Origin: Bacteroidia bacterium
GTDB lineage: Bacteria; Bacteroidota; Bacteroidia; 2-12-FULL-35-15
Reading direction: 5' to 3'
Length of the DNA stretch: 64,000 nt
NCBI GenBank assembly: GCA_036399275.1
Contig: DASWNK010000104.1
Location: 565-64,564, forward strand
Shown: positions 1 through 9,667 of the stretch, piece by piece
Layout: each line of letters begins with the position of its first letter
Position numbering within the stretch: position 1 is the first letter of the stretch
Notes under the pieces: model-generated
Database searches by the model: none
The model's input: only the letters and a program-made list of their open reading frames with translations
Told to the model about the DNA's origin: nothing
Made by a program: the position numbers and the translations under genes

Positions 1-690
1 GGAAGTAAGTGGGATAATGGGAAAGACTTTGATGCGCAGAAATATGCGAAGCACCATTCTGCGCACCTGCAAAATCTAAGAATGCAGGGCGTTATTCAGT
101 TTGGCGCCAGGTACTCCGATAAAGGAATTGTTTTTATTGAATCGGAAAGCCTGGAAAAAGCCAGGCAAATGGTGGATTCAGATAGTGCAATCATCAATAA
201 GATGTTTGCTGCAACGGTTAATGAGTTGAATGTCTTCTACGAATATAAAACTGAAAAAAGTACAGCGAAAATTCCTTCCGGAAAGGTGACAGGCATTGGC
301 GGAGTATTCTTTAAGAGCAAAAATGCTAAAACGTTAAACACCTGGTATTATGATAATCTTGGACTTGTTCCCAATGATTACGGTTCCATGTTTGAGTGGC
401 GAAATAGTGACGATAAAAGTATAGCATACACACAATGGAGTCCATTCTCAGCTAAGACAAAATATTTTGCACCATCTAAAAAAGATTATATGATCAATTA
501 TCGCGTAGATGATATGCAGGTGTTGTTGAAAAAATTAAAAGCAAATAATGTGGTAATTCTCGATACCATAGAAGCATACGACTACGGAAAGTTTTTGCAT
601 ATACTTGACTGCGATAGCAATAAGATTGAGCTGTGGGAGCCTGTAGACGGTTCCTTTACCAGATTGTATGAAGGTAAAACAACTAAATAA
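1..690 (+). CDS. VOC (glyoxalase/bleomycin-resistance fold) family protein with YciI-like N-terminal segment; 5' end truncated by window edge
   Basis: Frame 1 is open from base 1 with no upstream stop. The C-terminal part (GIGGVFFKSKNAKTLNTWYYDNLGL ... KFLHILDCDSNKIELWEP) looks like a VOC domain. The N-terminal part (IVFIESESLEKARQMVDSDSAI) resembles YciI-like proteins. Confidence 0.5.
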   Translation, partial: GSKWDNGKDFDAQKYAKHHSAHLQNLRMQGVIQFGARYSDKGIVFIESESLEKARQMVDSDSAIINKMFAATVNELNVFYEYKTEKSTAKIPSGKVTGIGGVFFKSKNAKTLNTWYYDNLGLVPNDYGSMFEWRNSDDKSIAYTQWSPFSAKTKYFAPSKKDYMINYRVDDMQVLLKKLKANNVVILDTIEAYDYGKFLHILDCDSNKIELWEPVDGSFTRLYEGKTTK

Positions 691-729
691 AAAAGCCGCA
701 TCGATTCAATCGGTGCGGCTTTTTAAAAA
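691..729. terminator. Bidirectional Rho-independent terminator between convergent genes
   Basis: 12-bp stem AGCCGCATCGAT/ATCGGTGCGGCT (694-705 pairs with 709-720, one G-U pair). It is flanked by an A-run upstream and a T-run downstream. Confidence 0.6.
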
Positions 730-738
730 TGAAAAATC

Positions 739-2946
739 TTAATTTCCGAACTCGCTCATAAAACGGATACGCATCAAACGAATCTCTTCCTCACTGTATT
801 CATCTTCCCCTAATTCTTTTAAAGCTTCCCCAATTGAATCGGAATTGGATTCTTTGAAATATTCCATCGCTTCTTCCTGTTTGTCTTCATCCAGGATATC
901 ATTGATGTAATAATTGATATTTACTTTGGTGCCGGAATGTACGATGCTTTCGATTTCCATGATCAATTCTGACAAGCTTAACCCTTTTGCTTTGGCAACA
1001 TCTTCCAAAGGCAGTTTCCGGTCGATGTTCTGAATGATGTATACTTTTAGTCCAGATTTATTCACAATGGATTTTACCACCATATCCAACGGACGTTCAA
1101 TCTCATTCTCTTCTACATACTTGGAGATAAGATCCAGGAATGGTTTTCCAAATTTCTGTGCTTTCCCTTGTCCAACGCCGGTAATGTTCACCAGCTCTTC
1201 CATCTTGATCGGATATTGGATGGCCATTTCTTCCAAAGAAACTTCCTGAAAAATAACGTACGGAGGCAATTTTAATTTGTGGGCTGTTTGTTTCAGCAAG
1301 TCTTTCAGTGCAGAAAATAAAATTTCATCCGCACCTGATCCACCTTTTCCACCGCCACCGCCAGCTGATTCATCATCGTCTCCCTCGGACCCTTCATAAT
1401 CATGATCTTTGGTAACCATCATACTGAATGGCTTATCCAGAAATTTTTCACCTTCTTTGGTCACTTTCAGCAAACCGTAATTCTCCACATCTTTTGAAAG
1501 TAGTCCGGAAACCAATGCCTGACGGAAAATAGCATTCCAGTATTTCTCATTCTTATTGTCTTCAAGGCCTTTGCCAAAACACTCTAATTCGTTATGCTTG
1601 TATGATTTTACTGTAGACGTAACGGTTCCTAAAAGGACGTTGATCACATCTTTCGTTTTAAATTTTTCTTTTACATCAGTCACCGCTTCAATCGCAAGAG
1701 CGATATCGTCCATGCCGTCAAATTTCTGTTTCGGGTTACGGCAATTGTCACACATCCCTCCGCATCCCGCTTCATCAAACTCTTCTCCGAAATAATGTAA
1801 TAAAAATTTTCTGCGGCAACTGGATGTTTCCGCATAAGAAACTGTTTCCGTAAGCAATTGTTTTCCGATCTCTTGTTCTGCAACCGGTTTGCCTTTCATG
1901 AATTTTTCCAGCTTCACAATATCATCGTGGCTGTAGAAAGTAATACAATTTCCTTCTCCGCCATCACGTCCACCGCGGCCTGTTTCCTGATAATATCCTT
2001 CCAGAGATTTTGGAATATCATGGTGAATCACAAAACGAACATCTGGTTTGTCGATGCCCATTCCAAAAGCAATGGTTGCAACAATTACATCAATGTCTTC
2101 CATAAGGAAAGCATCCTGTGTTTTTGCGCGTTCTTTTGCTTCAAGGCCTGCATGGTAAGGCAATGCTTTAATTCCGTTTACCTGTAATGTTTCCGCAAGC
2201 TCTTCCACCTTTTTACGGCTCAGGCAATAAATGATGCCTGATTTTCCCTGCTGGCTTTTTACATATTTGATAACCTCTTTGATCACATTTTGTTTCGGTC
2301 GAACTTCATAATATAAGTTGGAACGATTAAATGATGATTTGAACAAGCTTGCGCTGCTCATACCGAGGTTCTTTTGGATATCCTGTTGTACTTTAGGAGT
2401 TGCCGTTGCTGTTAATGCAATGATTGGTACTTTTCCGATCTGTTCGATGATGGGACGCAGCCTGCGGTATTCAGGACGAAAATCATGTCCCCATTCCGAA
2501 ATACAATGCGCTTCATCGATAGCAAAAAAGGAAATTTTTATTTCATTGAAAAATGCGATGTTGTCTTCCTTTGTTAAGCTTTCCGGAGCAACATATAAAA
2601 GTTTGGTTTTTCCGTCGGTGATGTCTTTTTTTACTTTCGTAATCTCAGCTTTGCTAAGAGAAGAATTCAGAAAATGAGCGATCCCCTCTTCGTTACCGAA
2701 ATTACGCAATGCATCCACCTGATTTTTCATTAATGCAATAAGCGGGGAAATAATAATTGCAGTGCCCTCACTCACTAAAGCCGGTAATTGGTAGCATAAT
2801 GATTTTCCGCCGCCGGTTGGCATTATTACAAACGTGTCCTTCCCCTCCAGAAGACTTCCTATAATCGCTTCCTGCTGTCCTTTGAATTTTTTGAATCCAA
2901 AATATTTTTGTAAGCAATCCAGAAGGGATGTTTCTACATCGAGCAT
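739..2946 (-). CDS. recQ: ATP-dependent DNA helicase RecQ
   Basis: 735 aa. Walker [20 protein letters not shown] box [20 protein letters not shown], Zn-binding Cys cluster (CRRKFLL...CGGMCDNC), and a C-terminal HRDC-like region ([16 protein letters not shown]). Confidence 0.95.
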   Translation of the reverse strand: MLDVETSLLDCLQKYFGFKKFKGQQEAIIGSLLEGKDTFVIMPTGGGKSLCYQLPALVSEGTAIIISPLIALMKNQVDALRNFGNEEGIAHFLNSSLSKAEITKVKKDITDGKTKLLYVAPESLTKEDNIAFFNEIKISFFAIDEAHCISEWGHDFRPEYRRLRPIIEQIGKVPIIALTATATPKVQQDIQKNLGMSSASLFKSSFNRSNLYYEVRPKQNVIKEVIKYVKSQQGKSGIIYCLSRKKVEELAETLQVNGIKALPYHAGLEAKERAKTQDAFLMEDIDVIVATIAFGMGIDKPDVRFVIHHDIPKSLEGYYQETGRGGRDGGEGNCITFYSHDDIVKLEKFMKGKPVAEQEIGKQLLTETVSYAETSSCRRKFLLHYFGEEFDEAGCGGMCDNCRNPKQKFDGMDDIALAIEAVTDVKEKFKTKDVINVLLGTVTSTVKSYKHNELECFGKGLEDNKNEKYWNAIFRQALVSGLLSKDVENYGLLKVTKEGEKFLDKPFSMMVTKDHDYEGSEGDDDESAGGGGGKGGSGADEILFSALKDLLKQTAHKLKLPPYVIFQEVSLEEMAIQYPIKMEELVNITGVGQGKAQKFGKPFLDLISKYVEENEIERPLDMVVKSIVNKSGLKVYIIQNIDRKLPLEDVAKAKGLSLSELIMEIESIVHSGTKVNINYYINDILDEDKQEEAMEYFKESNSDSIGEALKELGEDEYSEEEIRLMRIRFMSEFGN

Positions 2947-3103
2947 TGTTAATCCTGTTTTTTAATTAATGTTTGTGGTGTTTCTTCGAAATCAACTATT
3001 TTTATACCTTTATATAAGGTTGGAGACAGTTGATTTTCTTATCCAATGTAAATATATAATAATAAATTGTTACACAGACAAACATTTCTCTACTTTATTT
3101 TAA

Positions 3104-4084
3104 ATGCACTACGAAGTGAATAAATCCATCGATAAAATAATTGACTTAGCTAAAACTACCTTAAATATTGAGGCAGACTCGGTTCGGAATTTGCAGAATT
3201 ATATTAATGAAGACTTTGTAGCATGTATAAAAACCATCTATGAATCAAAAGGAAGGGTTGTAATTACCGGCATCGGAAAAAGCGCAATTATCGCTCAGAA
3301 AATAGTGGCTACGATGAATTCAACCGGCACGCCAGCCATATTTATGCACGCAGCCGACGCAATTCACGGGGATTTAGGAACGATTCAAAAAGAGGACGTT
3401 GTTATTTGCATCTCGAAAAGCGGAAATACCCCGGAAATAAAGGTGTTGGCGCCCTTGCTCAAAAGAGGTGGGAATAAACTGATCGCTTTGGTTGGTAATA
3501 TAGATTCTTATCTGGCACAGGAAGCCGATCATATACTGAATTCAACTGTTGAAAAAGAAGCTTGTCCTCATAATTTGGCGCCAACCTCCAGCACCACAGC
3601 ACAGCTGGCTTTAGGGGATGCGTTGGCTGTGTGTTTATTGGATTGCCGCGATTTTTCCAGTGATGATTTTGCGAAATACCATCCTGGAGGAGCTTTGGGA
3701 AAGAAGTTGTATCTGAAAGTGGGTTCGATTTCCAGTCAAAATCAAAAACCGCAGGTAAAACCGGATGATGACATTAAAACTGTTATTATAGAGATTTCTT
3801 CCAAACGGTTAGGTGCCACGGCGGTGGTTGATAATGGCAATTTAGTAGGAGTGATCACCGATGGAGACATCAGACGAATGCTTGAAAAGGCAGATTCCAT
3901 TAATACCTTGAAAGCATCTGATATAATGAACAAAACGCCAAAACAGGTGGATGCCGATGAACTGGCCGTTGCAGCTATGCAATTGCTTGAGAAATATAAT
4001 ATCACACAACTTATTGTCACCGATAAAGGTAAATACCACGGGTTTGTGCATTTGCACGATCTGTTGAAAGAGGGGATTATTTAA
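3104..4084 (+). CDS. kdsD: KpsF/GutQ-family arabinose-5-phosphate isomerase (SIS domain plus tandem CBS)
   Basis: 326 aa. SIS motif VVITGIGKSAIIAQKI, ISKSGNTPE, and a C-terminal CBS pair (LGATAVVDNGNLVGVITDGDIRR ... ITQLIVTDKGKYHGFVHLHDLL). Confidence 0.85.
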   Translation: MHYEVNKSIDKIIDLAKTTLNIEADSVRNLQNYINEDFVACIKTIYESKGRVVITGIGKSAIIAQKIVATMNSTGTPAIFMHAADAIHGDLGTIQKEDVVICISKSGNTPEIKVLAPLLKRGGNKLIALVGNIDSYLAQEADHILNSTVEKEACPHNLAPTSSTTAQLALGDALAVCLLDCRDFSSDDFAKYHPGGALGKKLYLKVGSISSQNQKPQVKPDDDIKTVIIEISSKRLGATAVVDNGNLVGVITDGDIRRMLEKADSINTLKASDIMNKTPKQVDADELAVAAMQLLEKYNITQLIVTDKGKYHGFVHLHDLLKEGII

Positions 4085-4114
4085 ATTGATAATGCAGAGA
4101 GATTTGAAAATTAA

Positions 4115-4831
4115 ATGATTAGAATCGCCGCAATAGTTCCCGCTTATAATGAAGAGAAGGCAATTGCTGCTGTTGTGAATGACATCAATCAGCTGGCACT
4201 GTTACAAAATTTCTTTATTACTGTTGTTGTTGTGAACGATTGCTCCAAAGACGCCACTTCCGAAATTATCTCCAGGCTTGATTGTATTGCATTGAACCTC
4301 CCCGTGAACCTGGGTATTGGTGGCGCTGTTCAGACTGGTTTTAAATATGCTTACGAGAACGACTTTGATTATGCCTTGCAGATCGACGGTGACGGACAAC
4401 ATCCTGCTTTAGAAATTACAAAATTAATAAATGCTGTTTTATCAGATAGGTTGGATGTAGTGATTGGCTCGCGGTTTATTTCGAAGGAAGGTTTTCAATC
4501 TTCCGCTTTCCGTAGATTTGGAATTAATTATTTTAAATGGCTCAACCGTGTTTTGGTAGGCGTAAGGATCAGCGATAGCACTTCTGGTTTTCGCCTCATC
4601 AACAGAAAAGCGCTGGAAATTGTAAGTGAATATTATCCCGATGAATATCCGGAGCCGGAAGCAATCATTTTGTACTCCTTAAATAAACTGAAGATCGGTG
4701 AAGTTGCGGTAAACATGAAAGAGCGACAAGGTGGGGTTTCTTCCATTGGTACGTTCTCTTCGATTTATTACATGCTTAAAGTTTCGCTCGCCATTATTTA
4801 TACTTTTATAAGAATCAAATTCAAAAAATAA
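4115..4831 (+). CDS. Glycosyltransferase family 2 (DPM1/GtrB-type, probable polyprenyl-phosphate glycosyltransferase)
   Basis: 238 aa. IVPAYNEEKAI near the N-terminus, VVVVNDCSKD, DxD-type motif QIDGDGQHP, and SDSTSGFRLINRKAL. Confidence 0.8.
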   Translation: MIRIAAIVPAYNEEKAIAAVVNDINQLALLQNFFITVVVVNDCSKDATSEIISRLDCIALNLPVNLGIGGAVQTGFKYAYENDFDYALQIDGDGQHPALEITKLINAVLSDRLDVVIGSRFISKEGFQSSAFRRFGINYFKWLNRVLVGVRISDSTSGFRLINRKALEIVSEYYPDEYPEPEAIILYSLNKLKIGEVAVNMKERQGGVSSIGTFSSIYYMLKVSLAIIYTFIRIKFKK

Positions 4832-4835
4832 AATC

Positions 4836-5180
4836 ATGGAAAAAATTCAGATCATTGCCATCACTGTCAGCCTGATATTCCTGCTTTACATTGTTCGTCT
4901 GATCATTAAAGGGAAGTTACGCGAAGAATATTCTATCGTTTGGATCGTCTGTACGGTTGTATTGGTATTGTTTTCTTTCTGGAGAGGTGGGCTTGATATT
5001 GTGTCGGGAATTGTAGGGGTGTATTCACCGCCCAACCTGATTTTTACGGCTGCTATTTTCGCAATATTTATCTATTTATTGCACTTGAGTGTTGTTGTTT
5101 CCAAATTGCAGTCGCAGAATAAACAGCTGGCGCAGGATATTGCTTTGTTGAAAGAGAAGATGGAAAAGATTAAAAATTGA
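4836..5180 (+). CDS. Small membrane protein, DUF2304-like (typical partner of GT2 genes)
   Basis: 114 aa with 3-4 predicted TM helices, a KLREEYSIVWI motif and a C-terminal coiled-coil-like tail. It starts 4 nt after the GT2 stop. Confidence 0.5.
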   Translation: MEKIQIIAITVSLIFLLYIVRLIIKGKLREEYSIVWIVCTVVLVLFSFWRGGLDIVSGIVGVYSPPNLIFTAAIFAIFIYLLHLSVVVSKLQSQNKQLAQDIALLKEKMEKIKN

Positions 5181-5199
5181 ATTTGCAATCTGCAATTCC

Positions 5200-5883
5200 C
5201 TAAACTAAGCCTCCGTTTAAATCTAGACAAGCGCCATTCAGATAAGGTGTTTGCCGGATGTATTGAACAGTACTGAAAATATTTTCTGGATCACCGAATT
5301 CATTGGAGGCAATTTTTGATTTTATTTTTTCCTGCATTTCTTTTGGAACCGTGTTGATCATTCCTACTTTGAAATAGCCGAGATTAATATTATTGATGGT
5401 GATTCCTTTCTGAGCATTTTCCAAAGCAATACTTTTGATCATTCCATTGATCCCCGCTTTTGAAGCAGCGTAAGCGCTGGTTCCCATTACGCCTGTTTCC
5501 GCAACAATAGATGATAGATTGATGATGCGCCCGAAACCCTGCTCACGCATTAAAGGCAATGCAGCTCTTACCAGGTTGAAAGTGCCGTTCAAATTTACAT
5601 TAATTACTTTCGTCCAGCCTTCCACACTCGATTTATGTGCAAAAGAGTTTGCGCTCACACCGGCACAATTGATCAGGCAAAGCTCTTTTGATCGGGAAGC
5701 AATGGAGCCGATGAGTTGTTCCACTTGTGAATAATCAGTAATGTCGAGCGCAACAGTATCTTTATAAATTTCGCCTTCCGGTTTATTCAAATGATAAGTG
5801 CCGATAACGTCCTCTCCCGAATTCGAAAATTTATGAAATAAAAAATTGCCTATTCCTCCTGTGATTCCTGTTATGATTATCAT
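5200..5883 (-). CDS. SDR-family oxidoreductase (FabG-like short-chain dehydrogenase)
   Basis: 227 aa. Cofactor motif ITGITGGIG, NCAG, and catalytic YAASKAG (YxxxK). Confidence 0.8.
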   Translation of the reverse strand: MIIITGITGGIGNFLFHKFSNSGEDVIGTYHLNKPEGEIYKDTVALDITDYSQVEQLIGSIASRSKELCLINCAGVSANSFAHKSSVEGWTKVINVNLNGTFNLVRAALPLMREQGFGRIINLSSIVAETGVMGTSAYAASKAGINGMIKSIALENAQKGITINNINLGYFKVGMINTVPKEMQEKIKSKIASNEFGDPENIFSTVQYIRQTPYLNGACLDLNGGLV

Positions 5884-5964
5884 CTAATAATGGATTATTG
5901 TGCTAATTTTTGCGTAATTTGTCGCTAATTTACGTCAAAAAACCTAAAGTTTACTGGATCCAAG

Positions 5965-6807
5965 ATGGCCCTTGCTGCTAATAATATTTTTTTGTTCAGT
6001 GTCGACCTGGAAGATGTTCGTTTACGCATGAAAGACGGCTTAAAATACAAGCCGAGGGTGGAAGTGCTGGTTGATAAATACCTGCAGTTTTTACAAGCGC
6101 ATAAATCAAAAGCCACTTTTTTTACGGTAGGCGATATCCCGGCACATTACCCAGATCTAATCAAAACAATTGTAAGTGAAGGACATGAAATTGCGTGTCA
6201 TTCGAATCTGCATATTCCCGTAACTAATCAAACAAAGGAGGAATTCAAAACTGATCTGTTAAAGAACCTGGAGTGTTTGGCAAAGGCCGGTGCTTCATCC
6301 GTTATCGGTTACCGCGCTCCCATTTATTCCATTACGAAAAAAACGCCTTGGGCATTTGAAGTGTTATCGGAATTGGGATTCAAGTATTCCAGTTCGGTAT
6401 TGCCGGCAAAAAATCCCTTGTATGGATGGGACGGCTTTGGCGAAGCTCCAAAGAAAATGAATGCTGCACTTTGGGAAATTCCTGTCAGTGTGAGAGGAAC
6501 AGGCTTTTTAAATGTCCCGTTTTCCGGAGGCGTTTACTTTAGGGTATTGCCTATGATGCTGATCAAAAAAAGCTTCAAAGAGCATTATTCAAAAGGCTTG
6601 TCGGTTACCAGTTATTTTCATCCTTACGACATTGATACGGAACAGGAATCATTTATGCATCCTGGCATAAACAACAGCGGCTTCTACAATAAGCTAATGT
6701 ATTATAACCGAAAGAATGTGTTTTCCCGGTTGGATGATATTATGAAAACATTCGAGTGTAAAATAATTACTTATAAAGAATACGCAGAAAGTTTAGATGG
6801 AAAATAA
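5965..6807 (+). CDS. Polysaccharide deacetylase (NodB homology, DUF3473-type)
   Basis: 280 aa. FSVDLEDV near the N-terminus, FFTVGDIPAHYPDLIKTIVSEGHEIACHSNLH, and YRAP. Confidence 0.75.
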   Translation: MALAANNIFLFSVDLEDVRLRMKDGLKYKPRVEVLVDKYLQFLQAHKSKATFFTVGDIPAHYPDLIKTIVSEGHEIACHSNLHIPVTNQTKEEFKTDLLKNLECLAKAGASSVIGYRAPIYSITKKTPWAFEVLSELGFKYSSSVLPAKNPLYGWDGFGEAPKKMNAALWEIPVSVRGTGFLNVPFSGGVYFRVLPMMLIKKSFKEHYSKGLSVTSYFHPYDIDTEQESFMHPGINNSGFYNKLMYYNRKNVFSRLDDIMKTFECKIITYKEYAESLDGK

Positions 6808-7207
6808 GCGCAATTATATTCTTGAGGCGGAGCGGATAGCAATTTATTTGCTCCCTGTTTCCGTTCAGGAAGCGGAGAAGAATAAGTATGCAGATGCTAT
6901 GCAAAAATTGAATATCTGTTTTTCGGATTATGAAACCGCTTTATGGAAGAACATGATGAAGAGCCGCTGGCGAATGGCTTGTATTGATGCTGGATTAGCA
7001 TTGAGAGAGCCGGGAAACAATGTCAGAAGAAAGCTCTTCACCATGCTAGCCATTTTAGAAGCTTCTCCCAATTATACTAAGTATTTTCTTTCGCGGAATT
7101 TTTCTTCTTTGTATATTTTTAAGTTGGCAGCGATCGGAATTCGGGCGGTTTGCAGAGCGGCAATTGGAGCGATAATGATAAATAATATCAAGCGCAGATG
7201 CAGTTGA
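6797..7207 (+). CDS. Hypothetical protein (no recognisable family)
   Basis: 136-aa ORF that overlaps both neighbours in an operon-like chain (11 nt upstream, 10 nt downstream). It has a hydrophobic C-terminal segment. Confidence 0.35.
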   Translation: MENKRNYILEAERIAIYLLPVSVQEAEKNKYADAMQKLNICFSDYETALWKNMMKSRWRMACIDAGLALREPGNNVRRKLFTMLAILEASPNYTKYFLSRNFSSLYIFKLAAIGIRAVCRAAIGAIMINNIKRRCS

Positions 7208-8814
7208 ACTACGATTACATAGTAGTTGGTTCCGGTGCGACCGGCGCAATCGCAGCCCATGCGCTTGCTGAAGAGGCGGTGACTATTGCTGTGTTGGATG
7301 TAGGAGTGGAAGATGAACAGTACAAGCAGATCATCCCGGCAAAAGATTTTATTTCCATTCGGGAAGAAGAGCAGGAGCAATCAGATTTCTTTCTAGGGAA
7401 AAATTATGAAGGCATTCCCTGGGAAACAACAAAAGTTGGGTCTCAATTAACGCCACCGCGCAATTTTCTAACTCAATTGGCCGAGAAGTTTGTTCCTTTC
7501 GAATCAGATTCTTTCAAGCCAATAGAAAGTATGGCGAAAGGCGGATTAGGCGGCGGCTGGGGGTTGGGTTGTTATGTGTTTTCAAAACCGGAATTGGATG
7601 CAATTGGTTTGAAAGAGCAGGAGATGTTAAATGCGTATGAACGTGTTGCTGCTCACATCGGAATTTCTGCGGAAAAAGATGATGCAGCTCCTTATTGCTT
7701 AGGTGATTTAAAAAACATACAGCCTGTTTCAAAGCTGGAACAGAATCTAAGTGGTATTTATCAGTCTTACCAACAACAAAAAAATAATCTTAACAAAAAA
7801 AACATTGTTGTTGGTCGCTCGGCCCTGGCGTTGCTCACCGAAGATAAGGAAGATCGTTCAGCGATGCAATACAAGGACATGGATTTCTGGAGTGACCAAG
7901 ATCAGTCGGCTTACCGTTCCTGGATGACGATTGATCAGTTGAAACGTAAGTCGAATTTTTCCTATCATAAAAATTGCCTGGTACTCAGATTTAAAGAAGA
8001 GGAAACTGGCGTGAGTGTTTTCGTGAAACGGACCGACACAAATGAAGAACACATATTCCGCTGTAAAAAATTGATATTATCACCCGGAGTCTTAGGGACT
8101 GCCCGCATCGTGATTCGTTCTTCCGACTACAGAAAGGAACAGCTGCCTGTCATTTGTAATCCATATTGTTATATTCCCTGCATACAATGGCGAATGCTGG
8201 GCAAAGAGATTGAAAAACATAAAACAAGCTTAGGACAACTGGTTCTGTATCTTGATGAAAACAAAAACAATTTTGATGTAGGAATGGCTGCTTTGTTCAG
8301 CTATCGATCCTTGTTGCTTTTTAAATTAATAAAAGAAACGCCGCTTAATTTTGCTGATGCGCGGATTATTATGCAATATTTACAGTCCTCTTTTACCATT
8401 GCTGGCATCCATCATCCCGAAAAGCCATCACCTTCAAAGTTTATTCGAATGCAGAAACAGGCAAATACGTATACGGGGGATTTGTTGACAGGGCAATACA
8501 TTCTGTCGGACCGGGAAACGGCGATCAATGCTGCCAGGGAGCAAAGAATTAAATGGGCTTTGAGGAAATTGGGTTGCCAGCCGTTAAAAACGGTTCATAC
8601 GCCACATGGCGGAAGTATTCATTATGCAGGAACCCTCCCTTTTAATGAGCAGGGCGAAGAATTCACCTTACATTCGAATGGAAAGCTGGCAGGAACAAAA
8701 AATGTTTTTATTGCCGATGGTTCCGGTTTTAATTATTTGCCTGCAAAAGGTTTGACTTTTACGTTAATGGCAAACGCATACAATGTCGCAAAAAATAGTT
8801 TGAGAAATGACTAA
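7198..8814 (+). CDS. GMC-family FAD-dependent oxidoreductase
   Basis: 538 aa. N-terminal Rossmann motif DYIVVGSGATGAIAAHALAEE, and a C-terminal GMC-like region (GGSIHYAGTLPF ... VFIADGSGFNYLPAKGLTFTLMANA). Confidence 0.7.
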   Translation: MQLNYDYIVVGSGATGAIAAHALAEEAVTIAVLDVGVEDEQYKQIIPAKDFISIREEEQEQSDFFLGKNYEGIPWETTKVGSQLTPPRNFLTQLAEKFVPFESDSFKPIESMAKGGLGGGWGLGCYVFSKPELDAIGLKEQEMLNAYERVAAHIGISAEKDDAAPYCLGDLKNIQPVSKLEQNLSGIYQSYQQQKNNLNKKNIVVGRSALALLTEDKEDRSAMQYKDMDFWSDQDQSAYRSWMTIDQLKRKSNFSYHKNCLVLRFKEEETGVSVFVKRTDTNEEHIFRCKKLILSPGVLGTARIVIRSSDYRKEQLPVICNPYCYIPCIQWRMLGKEIEKHKTSLGQLVLYLDENKNNFDVGMAALFSYRSLLLFKLIKETPLNFADARIIMQYLQSSFTIAGIHHPEKPSPSKFIRMQKQANTYTGDLLTGQYILSDRETAINAAREQRIKWALRKLGCQPLKTVHTPHGGSIHYAGTLPFNEQGEEFTLHSNGKLAGTKNVFIADGSGFNYLPAKGLTFTLMANAYNVAKNSLRND

Positions 8815-9667
8815 GACAATTATCATCACGGGCGCAAATGGCTTTATCGGGGAATCTTTGGTGAGCTATTTTCATGTGCTAGGTTGGAAGGTGAGAGCTT
8901 TGGTTCATAATTCTCCGAAGAATAAATTGCCCGACGTAGATTATTTTCCTTACGATATGGAAGATTGTCCTTTGGAATCAGTTTTTGAAGGTGCGGATTT
9001 TCTGGTGCATTGCGCTTACCTGCGGCACGATAGAAATAGAAATTCAAATACAATTAATATAAACGGAACCAGGGATCTGATTGCACTTTGCAGGAAGCAA
9101 AATATAAAGCCTGTCTTTCTTTCTTCTTTTTCAGCACATCCGGCTGCAGCGTCTCATTACGGAAAAACAAAATTTGAATCTGAAAAATTGTTTGACTTAT
9201 CACGCGATTTGGTGTTAAAGTCGGGTTTTGTAATCGGGAAAAAAGGAATGGGCGCAGAAATTGTCAATAAGATAAAAAGTTCAAAATGGTTTCCTCTCGT
9301 AGGCGGCGGCTTGCAACCAATTCAAACTATTGCCATAGATGATCTTTGTTTGATTATCAACGGCGTTCTTGACAAAGACGCTAGTGGCTTGTTTCATATT
9401 GCGGAGGCGGAAGCGATTACAATGAAAAGTTTTTATGAAGAGATCGCTCTGCAACTGAATAGAAAAATAGTCTTTATTCCCATGCCAACAAGTTTCATGT
9501 ATGCTATTTGCCGCTTTGCAGAGACTGTCGGTTTAAAGTTGCCGGTGTCTTCCGAAAGTGTATTGGGCTTAAAACATTTGATTAAATTTGATACCAGAAA
9601 AGATTTGGCAAAACTTCAAGTCTCTTTAAAAACGTACCGCGAAAGCATTCAATCTGCATTAAAGTAA
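8807..9667 (+). CDS. NAD-dependent epimerase/dehydratase family protein
   Basis: 286 aa. IIITGANGFIGESLVSYF (GxxGxxG) and YGKTK (YxxxK). Confidence 0.75.
   Translation: MTKTIIITGANGFIGESLVSYFHVLGWKVRALVHNSPKNKLPDVDYFPYDMEDCPLESVFEGADFLVHCAYLRHDRNRNSNTININGTRDLIALCRKQNIKPVFLSSFSAHPAAASHYGKTKFESEKLFDLSRDLVLKSGFVIGKKGMGAEIVNKIKSSKWFPLVGGGLQPIQTIAIDDLCLIINGVLDKDASGLFHIAEAEAITMKSFYEEIALQLNRKIVFIPMPTSFMYAICRFAETVGLKLPVSSESVLGLKHLIKFDTRKDLAKLQVSLKTYRESIQSALK

Noticed and set aside
1328-1407. Gly-rich/acidic insertion in RecQ ([24 protein letters not shown])
   Set aside because: It lies in the naturally variable linker between the RQC/winged-helix region and the HRDC domain. It looks like ordinary low-complexity linker variation, not a novel domain.
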